Shown here: one piece after another, positions 27,206-35,597 of the stretch
How the letters are laid out: each line of letters opens with the position of its first letter
Numbering within the stretch: position 1 is the first letter of the stretch
Assembly (NCBI GenBank): GCA_964597675.1
Contig: CAZQYV010000001.1
Span: 10,903 to 59,057, forward strand
From: an uncultured Candidatus Saccharibacteria bacterium
GTDB taxonomy: Bacteria; Patescibacteriota; Minisyncoccia; Phycocordibacterales; DATDWN01
Length of the DNA stretch: 48,155 nt
Direction: 5' to 3'
Position numbers and translations under genes: made by a program
The notes under the pieces: model-generated
Told to the model about the DNA's origin: nothing
The model's database searches: none
The model's input: only the letters and a program-made list of their open reading frames with translations

Positions 27206-28655
27206 GTGTATCATGAAAAAATTATGTTATGCAATCCTAGGAATTTTATTTATTAGTCTTTGTGTTCCATTTTTTGTAAGTGCAGGGCAACTTGCACCTT
27301 CACCATTTAATGCGGGGGGCCAACTTGACGCTGGTTGGGCAAATATGGGTAGTGGAAAATACTACAATAGTACCCTCGGCATATATTCAAACGCAGACGG
27401 TAGTATTCAGAGTTATACATCAGAGATATTTAGTGCAAGTACACAGGGCAATCAAATACAAACTGTGGCTAGCGAGGATACTATGCAAGGAATTTGTATC
27501 TGGAACAACTATGATAAAACATTTCAGCCAGCAAATGATCAAGTTTTTGCAACCAGGGCCGTTGCAGACCAAATGGCACAGAGATTTGGAGGTACAGTAA
27601 TAGAAATTTATTTGAGTACAGATGGTCCATACAGAACGGTCAATATTTGTGCATTTCCTGCTGGGCAGACAACAATTCTCCAAGAAAATCTTGTACCAGA
27701 ATATACAGTAAAAGTAGGAAATTATCGTGGAAATGCGGCCGCAATCAACCATTTATTCCAAACATACCCATATTCAACAGCGTTTGCCATGGTTAAAGCA
27801 GAAATTGATGCTGCAAATAATACAAGCGGAGGAGGTGGTAGTGGTAACGGTGGAGGAGGGTCAGGCACCGGTGGAGGAACAACACCGCCAGTTATAACAT
27901 CAACACAAGGGGCAGCGGTTGAAGTTAAAATAAAAACAATGGCGCAACGAATGGCCAAAGACTACTTCGATGCATATAACAGAGCATCAGGATTGACTCG
28001 CAATACAACTACGATAGGTGGTTCTGGTGGGTTGCCGACTACTTGTCAGAGATTTGATAACAACTTAAAACTTGGAGATACAGGACCTGATGTATTGGCA
28101 CTAACACAAATATTAAAAATGGAGGGGTTATTGAATGAAACAACTGATACTTTTGATCAGACAGTCTTTCGTGCAGTTGTTCTTTATCAAGAACGCTACG
28201 CAGAAGAAATTTTGGTTCCTGCAGGGCTTACAGCAGGTACGGGTCTTGTAGGTACAAATACTCGAGAGCATTTAAACTCATTATGTGAAGAAGTAGATGA
28301 CACGGATAGTGGATCAGTAGGCAATACGGACCCCGTTGTAAATTTGGTGGTTGGAAATAACAATAAAATAGCAATATATAGTGTTGGAGAGACGATTCCA
28401 TATACTGTCACTATGACAAACGTAAATTCAGTCAGTTCTTTTTACAACACTATTCCAAAGGACACATGCGTCGGTGGTTCAACAAATGGCGAACAGAAAC
28501 CATGGATTGTTAGTTTCCCTGTATCAAACAGCGTTTTATCTGAAACAGTCAAATCATGTCAGGCAGGATCAACATATATCATCAGTGTTATAGGTACAAA
28601 TACAACAACAGGAAAGATTAGTGCATCATCTGTTTCGGTTTACATTAGACCATAG
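27204..28655 (+). CDS. Secreted protein with Gly-rich linker and peptidoglycan-binding (PG_binding_1-like) domain
   Basis: Signal peptide MKKLCYAILGILFISLCVPFFVSA and linker SGGGGSGNGGGGSGTGGGTTPP. The segment LKLGDTGPDVLALTQILKMEGLL...FRAVVLYQERY is a PG-binding repeat. The C-terminal part is beta-rich. Confidence 0.65.
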   Translation: MCIMKKLCYAILGILFISLCVPFFVSAGQLAPSPFNAGGQLDAGWANMGSGKYYNSTLGIYSNADGSIQSYTSEIFSASTQGNQIQTVASEDTMQGICIWNNYDKTFQPANDQVFATRAVADQMAQRFGGTVIEIYLSTDGPYRTVNICAFPAGQTTILQENLVPEYTVKVGNYRGNAAAINHLFQTYPYSTAFAMVKAEIDAANNTSGGGGSGNGGGGSGTGGGTTPPVITSTQGAAVEVKIKTMAQRMAKDYFDAYNRASGLTRNTTTIGGSGGLPTTCQRFDNNLKLGDTGPDVLALTQILKMEGLLNETTDTFDQTVFRAVVLYQERYAEEILVPAGLTAGTGLVGTNTREHLNSLCEEVDDTDSGSVGNTDPVVNLVVGNNNKIAIYSVGETIPYTVTMTNVNSVSSFYNTIPKDTCVGGSTNGEQKPWIVSFPVSNSVLSETVKSCQAGSTYIISVIGTNTTTGKISASSVSVYIRP

Positions 28656-28659
28656 TTTT

Positions 28660-28783
28660 ATAAAATTACAGTGAAGGTGTGTCTTTACCCGAACCTTGCA
28701 CAGGCCGACGGGCCGAGCAGAGCAAAAAGCCAGCAGGCTTTTATGTGTGTGAGGGGAAAGACACACCAAGCCAAGAATTTTAT
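28660..28783 (+). repeat. Structured intergenic element, type B copy 1
   Basis: ATAAAATT-ACAGTGAA-GGTGTGTCTTTACCC-GAACCTTGCACA-GGCC GACG GGCC-GAGCAGAG-CAAAAAGCC AGCA GGCTTTTATG-TGTGTGA-GGGGAAAGACACACC-AAGCCAAG-AATTTTAT. It starts 5 nt after the upstream stop. Confidence 0.85.
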
Positions 28784-28829
28784 AAAACTAGTAGAATAAA
28801 TAAAAACACATCTCTGTCACGAGGTGTTT

Positions 28830-29615
28830 TTATTTAAGATTCGAAAGTAGCGAGAACCATGTATCAATTGATATATCCTCTGCCCTACCATGTATATCTA
28901 TACCTGTTTTTTCAAAAGCAGAAAGTAGTTTCTCTTTCGGATACAGCACAGAAAGATTTGGGAGAAGTTGTTTTCTCTTATGAGCAAAACCTGCATGAAT
29001 TAAATCAAAAAAATCTTTTTCCTTTACTCCATTAAATCTATTTTTTGATATATTTTTTATGTGTATTACAGCAGAATCAACCGATGGTGATGGTGTAAAT
29101 GCCCCTTTACCAACTGTCCGCACATATGTCGGTATACCGTATGCTTTGATAGAAAGAGAAAGTAAACTTTCTTTTTTATCACGTGTGACAATTCGATCCG
29201 CAACTTCTTTTTGTACCAGAAGCGTAATTGACGCTGGTTGCTTTTTTGACTCCAGAAAATTTCTAATAATTTGTCCCGTAATATAGTACGGTATATTTGC
29301 AATTAATTTATATTCTCCAATATTAAGATGAGATATTTCTAAAAGTAAAATATCATCATGAATGAGAGTAAGTTTTCCCGATGCAATTTCATTAGGAAAT
29401 TTGTCAGACAAAATAGGAATAAGACGATCGTCTTTTTCTACTGCTATAACTTTGGCACCTGTGGCAAGCAATACTGCAGTCAGAGACCCTTCACCTGGTC
29501 CGATTTCCAAAATAGTATCATCGGCAGTAACCCCGCCAGCGACGACAATATCGTTCAAGATATGAGGCGATTTTAAAAAGTTTTGACCGAGTGATTTTTT
29601 TGCTTTAATACTCAT
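28830..29615 (-). CDS. rsmA: 16S rRNA (adenine1518/1519-N6)-dimethyltransferase RsmA/KsgA
   Basis: KKSLGQNFL start motif and SAM-binding EIGPGEGSLT, 261 aa. Confidence 0.9.
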   Translation of the reverse strand: MSIKAKKSLGQNFLKSPHILNDIVVAGGVTADDTILEIGPGEGSLTAVLLATGAKVIAVEKDDRLIPILSDKFPNEIASGKLTLIHDDILLLEISHLNIGEYKLIANIPYYITGQIIRNFLESKKQPASITLLVQKEVADRIVTRDKKESLLSLSIKAYGIPTYVRTVGKGAFTPSPSVDSAVIHIKNISKNRFNGVKEKDFFDLIHAGFAHKRKQLLPNLSVLYPKEKLLSAFEKTGIDIHGRAEDISIDTWFSLLSNLK

Positions 29616-29632
29616 TGCATGAAAACTATACG

Positions 29633-31555
29633 TTAAAAATCGATATGAAACAATGGTTCCTTTTTTTCACTTCCCACATAAGATTCGTGCACGATATATT
29701 CTGGGCTGATATCGTCGAGAAATTCTGAAGGAGCATTTACTTGCATTGAACCAAAAATAGTTCGTGTTTGTGCATGAGTAAGAAATACCTTTTTCTCTGC
29801 ACGAGTAATTGCGACATAAAATAGACGGCGTTCTTCCTCTGCATCCTCCCCACTTTTTTTCTTATCACCAAAACCTTTATGTGGAAAGAGATCTGCTTCC
29901 ATTCCAGAGACAAATACATAAGAAAACTCGAGCCCCTTTGATGAATGAACTGTCATTAGTTTTACTCCTTGTTTTTTGTCATCGAGTGAGTCTTGGTCGG
30001 ATGCAAGTGCACTGTCTGTCAGAAATTGTTCCATACCCTCTCCAATTAGCAGTTCGTCATAGCGGAGTGAGAGAGATACTAATTCCATAATGTTTTCGAG
30101 GCGTTCAGTGTCTTCTTCAACACCTGTCATATACATTTTTTCCATTCCCGAGCGCTCGATAACATATTTGATAGCCACACTTGGTTTTTCTTCTGCAATT
30201 TTGGTTGAGAATTCAGCTAGCATGCTACGGACATTATTTATCTTGGCTTGGGTTCCCTGAGGCAAAGTTTCTTCCTTACCGTCTTGGATTTTATCAATTG
30301 TCACTTTTCCAATTCCTCTAGTAGGCACATTAACAATACGTGCAAAATCAGCCCTGTTGTCTGGGTTAAGTGATGCACGAATATATGAGATAACATCTTT
30401 TACTTCCCTTCTTTCAAAAAATTTTGTACCTAGCATTTGGTAAGGTACACCAAAAGCCATAAATGCATCCTCCAATGCCCGCGACTGGAAATTTGCTCGA
30501 TACAAGACCGCAATAGATTCTGGTGCAACTCCATTTTCAATTAATTTTTTTGATGTAAGAGCAATAAACTGCGCCTCATCTGTTTCGCTTCGTGCCTCAA
30601 ATAAACCAACCGATTCGCCCAATGCGTTTTCTGTGAATAATTTTTTTGGTATGCGGTACTTATTTTTTTCTATAATTTGATTTGCGACCGCAAGGATTGT
30701 TTTTGTTGATCTATAATTTTGTTCCAAAAATATAGTCTGAGTATCTGGGTATGTTTTTTCAAAATGTAGCATATTTTTTATTTCTGCTCCTCTCCAACTA
30801 TAAATATTTTGGTCAGTGTCCCCCACTACACAGATATTATGGTGTTTCTTTGCCAGCAATTCGACGATTGTGTTTTGTACTGCATTTGTATCTTGATATT
30901 CATCAATATGAATATATTGATACTTATCTTGATATCGTGCCAATACCTCTGGATGTGTTTCAAACAAGCGTTTTGTTTTTAACAACAAATCATCAAAATC
31001 GAGCCCGCCCTCGCGTGCAAGTATTGTTTCGTACATCAGCCAAACCTTTTTCGTTATTTCAGATGTGTAATCGTAAGCCCCTCGTTCGTTGTATATCTGT
31101 GCCGAAGTTCCACTCCCTTTTTCTCGCGATATAATATGTTGTATTTTCTCTAAATGTTCTTTTGGATCAATTCCAATATGAATACAAGCATCCTTTAGGA
31201 TTTTCTTTTGGTCACTTTTGTCAAAGATGGCAAAATGTCGAGGGAGTTTGAGAAGTGGAGCATTGTCTTTTAATACTCGTACTCCAAAAGAGTGAAATGT
31301 AGAAACAAGGGGTATTCGTCGGCTTTCCCCAAGGAGTCCAAGCACCCTATCCCTCATTTCTTTTGCCGCTTTATTTGTAAATGTAATTGCCAGTATCGAC
31401 TCGGCAGGCACCCCTTTTTCTATCAAATGGAGGATACGATGTGTAATTGTTTTTGTTTTACCTGCGCCTGCCCCAGCGACAATTAGGACTGGGCCTTCCG
31501 TAGCATATACTGCACTTTTTTGTTGGTCATTTAAAGCGTCAAGATGAGTCATCAT
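29633..31555 (-). CDS. UvrD/PcrA/Rep-family ATP-dependent DNA helicase
   Basis: Likely start MMTHLDALNDQQKSAV at 31555. Walker A AGAGAGKTKT, motif II HIDEYQDTN, plus VHSSKGLEF and YVAITRAEK. Confidence 0.9.
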   Translation of the reverse strand: MMTHLDALNDQQKSAVYATEGPVLIVAGAGAGKTKTITHRILHLIEKGVPAESILAITFTNKAAKEMRDRVLGLLGESRRIPLVSTFHSFGVRVLKDNAPLLKLPRHFAIFDKSDQKKILKDACIHIGIDPKEHLEKIQHIISREKGSGTSAQIYNERGAYDYTSEITKKVWLMYETILAREGGLDFDDLLLKTKRLFETHPEVLARYQDKYQYIHIDEYQDTNAVQNTIVELLAKKHHNICVVGDTDQNIYSWRGAEIKNMLHFEKTYPDTQTIFLEQNYRSTKTILAVANQIIEKNKYRIPKKLFTENALGESVGLFEARSETDEAQFIALTSKKLIENGVAPESIAVLYRANFQSRALEDAFMAFGVPYQMLGTKFFERREVKDVISYIRASLNPDNRADFARIVNVPTRGIGKVTIDKIQDGKEETLPQGTQAKINNVRSMLAEFSTKIAEEKPSVAIKYVIERSGMEKMYMTGVEEDTERLENIMELVSLSLRYDELLIGEGMEQFLTDSALASDQDSLDDKKQGVKLMTVHSSKGLEFSYVFVSGMEADLFPHKGFGDKKKSGEDAEEERRLFYVAITRAEKKVFLTHAQTRTIFGSMQVNAPSEFLDDISPEYIVHESYVGSEKKEPLFHIDF

Positions 31556-31784
31556 GCTAGTATAGCAATCCACCTCGTCTATTGACCAGAGGATAAGAAA
31601 AAGTATAATAAACAAGGTAATCTACAGATATGCCCATGGCTTAGTTGAGCCACATTTCAGTTTTCAGACTATAAATTAACATCGGCTTATTTTGGGTCAA
31701 CAACATGATCCTCATTCCAAGCACGGTCTAAAAATCACTCCACATGGTATTGGAGTGGGATCGGGCAAGATTGAGGTGACCATA

Positions 31785-32792
31785 GTGACACGTTATAGTA
31801 TTGGTTTTATTCTCTTAGTGTCACTTTTTACTCCGCTTTATGCACGTGCGGGTGTTTTTTCGTTTTTCGCAGACCTGTTTTCGTCAGACAAGGTAGAGGC
31901 CGATGGTGTAATGCCAAATTCACAAAATATGGCACTTTTGCAAGCGTCCCTTTCACCAGACCCATCAGCTTCTTCGACAGAGGGAGATGTTTTGATTGTC
32001 GACGGGTCTTCTTTATCCCCCGAGACACAGAGTGCGTCGCTTGATGGTAAAGATCATAGTATGTCTTCCGACCAGATTAGCATTTACGTTGTTCGTAAGG
32101 GAGACACACTGCCCGCTATTGCAAAAATGTTTGGAGTTTCAGTAAACACGATTGTATGGGCCAATGATTTGAAAGGGCGTGTAATTACTCCAGACCAAAC
32201 ATTGGTTATTTTGCCTATTTCTGGCGTCCAACACATTGTTAAAAAAGGAGATTCTCTAAAAAGCATTACAAAACAGTACAAGGCAGATTTGGACGAAATT
32301 TTACAATACAACAACCTAGCATTGGACTCAAAATTGGCAATTGGTGATGAAATCGTTATTCCTGATGGTGAAATTACTCCTCAGCAGTCATCAGTAAAGC
32401 CAAGTAATACCGGTGTTGGTGTAAAAGGATCGCTAACTCCAACATATAATGGCTATTATATGAGACCAATTATTGGCGGTATAAAAACACAAGGTATTCA
32501 TGGTCACAACGGTGTCGATTTGGCATCTTCATACGGCTCAAACATTCTTGCTGCCGCATCAGGTAAGGTTTTGATTGCAAAAGGATCTGGCTGGAATGGT
32601 GGCTACGGATCATATGTGGTTATTAGTCATGCGAATGGTACGCAAACACTGTACGGTCATTTGAGTTCTGTAGAAGTTTCTGCAGGAGACAATGTTTCCC
32701 AGGGTCAAGTGATTGGACATATGGGCAGTACCGGTAAATCAACCGGTGTCCACCTCCACTTTGAGATCCGTGGTGCTAAAAACCCATTCTAG
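31785..32792 (+). CDS. LysM-domain M23 metallopeptidase (cell-wall hydrolase)
   Basis: Probable GTG start at 31785, 5 nt after GAGGTGA, followed by a signal peptide. LysM repeats (YVVRKGDTLPAIAKMFGVSVNTIVWAN; HIVKKGDSLKSITKQYKADLDEILQYN). M23 motifs HNGVDL and GSTGKSTGVHLHFEIR. Confidence 0.85.
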   Translation: MTRYSIGFILLVSLFTPLYARAGVFSFFADLFSSDKVEADGVMPNSQNMALLQASLSPDPSASSTEGDVLIVDGSSLSPETQSASLDGKDHSMSSDQISIYVVRKGDTLPAIAKMFGVSVNTIVWANDLKGRVITPDQTLVILPISGVQHIVKKGDSLKSITKQYKADLDEILQYNNLALDSKLAIGDEIVIPDGEITPQQSSVKPSNTGVGVKGSLTPTYNGYYMRPIIGGIKTQGIHGHNGVDLASSYGSNILAAASGKVLIAKGSGWNGGYGSYVVISHANGTQTLYGHLSSVEVSAGDNVSQGQVIGHMGSTGKSTGVHLHFEIRGAKNPF

Positions 32793-32820
32793 ATTTTTTA
32801 ATATCTTTTAAAATACATTT

Positions 32821-33402
32821 ATGACATTTGAAAGTAGTCCAGTTGTTACAAATACTGAAGTGAGCGAAGGAATTTCAGAAATTGAAACCAGTACACTAGG
32901 TAAAGAATTTGATGAAAAAGAGACGATACCTGATAAAGACATTGATTCAGTACTTGAAGGTATTGCAGAAGCATCTGGTCTACACACTGATAATGATTTG
33001 AAAAAAGAAATTCCACTTCCTAAGCCAGAAAAGGTAACTCTAGGAAAACAGATATTATCGAACTATGGATTTGAAATGTCTAGCTATATTATTGATAGAC
33101 GCGGTTTACCAGAAAATGTAGAAATTGAAGATAAGACCGATACAGAATTTCCTATATATTTTCTCACTGGACTTATGGAAAGAGTTTTTAAAATCTTGCA
33201 AAAAAATGACGATTATAAAGAAATTGCAAAAACATTTAATCCTAAAAATATAGAAAAGATTGTTATTTCTGAACCAGAACTAGATAATTACAGTTTTCTA
33301 ACATTTGAAGTATCAGTAATTGAAAATAAATGGTTTCATACTAAAAAACATATCATCAATTTCAATCTAGATCTTTTAGGTAAAATCAATATTTTAAATT
33401 AA
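32821..33402 (+). CDS. Acidic hypothetical protein (193 aa)
   Basis: Clean ORF that does not overlap its neighbours and has no recognisable motif. Confidence 0.5.
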   Translation: MTFESSPVVTNTEVSEGISEIETSTLGKEFDEKETIPDKDIDSVLEGIAEASGLHTDNDLKKEIPLPKPEKVTLGKQILSNYGFEMSSYIIDRRGLPENVEIEDKTDTEFPIYFLTGLMERVFKILQKNDDYKEIAKTFNPKNIEKIVISEPELDNYSFLTFEVSVIENKWFHTKKHIINFNLDLLGKINILN

Positions 33403-33407
33403 GTTTT

Positions 33408-34979
33408 CTATGTCAGCTGTTTTGGTCTGTATTGTAATGCCTCTAGAATATGGAGTTCCTCTATTTCATCGCTCCCCGCGAGGTCTGCAATTGTTCGTGC
33501 CAGTTTTATAACACGGTGGTACGCTCTGGCTGATAAATCAAGTTTTTTGGCTGATACATTGAGTATATTTTTTACAACATCTGAAATTTGTATATGTGCC
33601 ACAAGATCCTTTGGAGACAATTCGGCATTTGTCTGAATTTTTAATTTTGCCTGTGTGTATCTATTTTTCTGTATTTCTCTGGCCTTTTCTACACGCGGTT
33701 GTATAATATCTGTCCCCTCGTGTTTACTTCGCGCATCTGTAAGTCGTTCATGATCAACCTTTGAAACTTCTACCCACATGTCGATACGGTCAACGATCGG
33801 CCCAGATAATTTGCGTTTGTATCTTTCCAAATCTTTTGCACTGCAGGTACACTCTTTGCCTTTAACATTAAAATTTCCGCAAGGACAAGGATTCATGGTG
33901 GCTATGAGAACAAAACTTGCTGGATAGCGAACAGATCCTTTTGCCCGTGATACAGTCACCACCCTATCTTCAAGGGGTTGTCGTAATGTTTCAAGTACTT
34001 TTGTATCAAATTCTGGAAACTCATCAAGAAATAAAACACCTTTATGTGCTAGTGTTACCTCTCCCGGTTTCAAATTAGATCCACCTCCGACGAGAGAAAC
34101 ATATGACGCAGTGTGATGTGGTGCGCGAAACGGCGGGTGCTCGATTAAACCTTCTGATAAAAGTCCACCAATAGAATATATTGATGTCACTTCAAGCATG
34201 TCATCAAATGATAGTGGTGGCAGTAGATGTGTAAATGCACGAGCAAGCATTGTTTTTCCTGTCCCTGGTGGGCCGTACATTATTATATTGTGTCCTCCTG
34301 CCGCAGCTATTTCTAGTCCACGTTTTGCAGATTCTTGCCCTTTAACATCAGCAAAATCGATATCAATTTCTCGTGATATCACCTTCTTTTTTATCCTAGT
34401 GTAGGGAAGGATTTCTATATTATGTACACACATCTTTGAGTCATCGGCATCATCATATTTCTTTGTATTAATATGTTGGAGAACCTCAAGAAGGTTGTGT
34501 GCTCCAAAGACCGTCATACCTTCAATATTGCTCGCCTCCTCTGCATTTTGAATTGGCAGAAATATCTCTGTGAAACCTTCCTTCTGGGCTTTTCGGGTTA
34601 TTGGCAAAGCCCCCTTTATCGGTCGCAATTCCCCATCGAGTGAAAGCTCGCCAACAAAAATTCTATTTTTTGTATCAGCTTTTATATCCTCGCTTGCAAG
34701 GAGATAACCGACAGCAATTGGTAAATCAAAAAGCGGACCCTCTTTTTTGATGTCCGCCGGAGCGAGTGATACCACAATTTTTTGATTTTTGTTCTTTGGA
34801 GATTTGAAACCAGTATTTTTTATTGCTGCACCAACGCGATCTTTTGATTCATTGACTGATGTGTCTGCAAGTCCGACAATAGAAAATGAGTGTAGCCCTT
34901 TGGACAGATCAACTTCTATATCAATAATTTGAGCAGAGAGAAGTGTAGTCTGCGCGCTGTAGATTTTTGAAACAGCCAT
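33408..34979 (-). CDS. comM: YifB/ComM-family Mg-chelatase-like AAA+ ATPase
   Basis: 523 aa. Lon-like N-domain, Walker A GPPGTGKTMLA, Walker B VLFLDEFPEF, a CPCG...C zinc motif and a C-terminal ARAYHRVIKLARTIADL. Confidence 0.9.
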   Translation of the reverse strand: MAVSKIYSAQTTLLSAQIIDIEVDLSKGLHSFSIVGLADTSVNESKDRVGAAIKNTGFKSPKNKNQKIVVSLAPADIKKEGPLFDLPIAVGYLLASEDIKADTKNRIFVGELSLDGELRPIKGALPITRKAQKEGFTEIFLPIQNAEEASNIEGMTVFGAHNLLEVLQHINTKKYDDADDSKMCVHNIEILPYTRIKKKVISREIDIDFADVKGQESAKRGLEIAAAGGHNIIMYGPPGTGKTMLARAFTHLLPPLSFDDMLEVTSIYSIGGLLSEGLIEHPPFRAPHHTASYVSLVGGGSNLKPGEVTLAHKGVLFLDEFPEFDTKVLETLRQPLEDRVVTVSRAKGSVRYPASFVLIATMNPCPCGNFNVKGKECTCSAKDLERYKRKLSGPIVDRIDMWVEVSKVDHERLTDARSKHEGTDIIQPRVEKAREIQKNRYTQAKLKIQTNAELSPKDLVAHIQISDVVKNILNVSAKKLDLSARAYHRVIKLARTIADLAGSDEIEELHILEALQYRPKQLT

Positions 34980-35060
34980 AAAATTAAAAAGTAATGAGTA
35001 AATATTTCTAATAAAACAATTTTATCACATAAAACAAAAGACGCACATAAAGTGAGCCTT

Positions 35061-35408
35061 TTATAATTTAAACAATAGAACTTGTCCCCAATGCCTTATA
35101 CAATCGTTCTCATAAGATGTTTCTCCACCAGTATATTTTTCTTCAAGTTTATTTCCAAACTCTGTGAGTTCTTTAAATATATTAATTATATTTTTTTTAT
35201 TTTCTCCTTTGTTAACAGCATCTAAAATTTTTAATTTTGTTTCTGTTAGTTTTTCAAATAACATCCTATATGCTTCTGGTTCGATATCTTGTAATCTGGG
35301 AGAAAAAGATTTTTTGCCCTCTCTAACTTCTTTTTTATGATCAAGAATATCTTCCTCATTTCTCTCTAATAATTCTAAAATAATACTGTTTCCTGGTATT
35401 TTTTCCAT
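35061..35408 (-). CDS. Hypothetical helical protein (115 aa)
   Basis: ORF only, K/E-rich with no motif recognised. Confidence 0.4.
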   Translation of the reverse strand: MEKIPGNSIILELLERNEEDILDHKKEVREGKKSFSPRLQDIEPEAYRMLFEKLTETKLKILDAVNKGENKKNIINIFKELTEFGNKLEEKYTGGETSYENDCIRHWGQVLLFKL

Positions 35409-35449
35409 ATCATTTTGCTAATTAATAAATTTAATATTCTCATCAAAAA

Positions 35450-35597
35450 GTAAAATTTATTTTTTCGCGCCCCCGCAGTCGCAAAGCATTGTTTCGTCAA
35501 TGACCCGAGTTAAGCGAGGGCTCTTGACGAATTTGCGACGAGGACAGCCGAGAGCTTCGCTGGAAGCTTGAGGGGAGCAAAGAAAAATATCTTTTAC
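35450..35597 (+). repeat. Structured intergenic element, type D (more distant relative of types A-C)
   Basis: GTAAAAT...CGCGCCCC-CGCAGTCGCAAAG...[CGTCAA..CCC..GGG..TTGACG]..TTTGCGAC-GAGGACAGCCGAG-AGCTTC GCTG GAAGCT-TGAG-GGGAGC-AAAGAAAAATAT-CTTTTAC. The 3' end overlaps the pnp stop codon (35594-35596). Confidence 0.6.
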
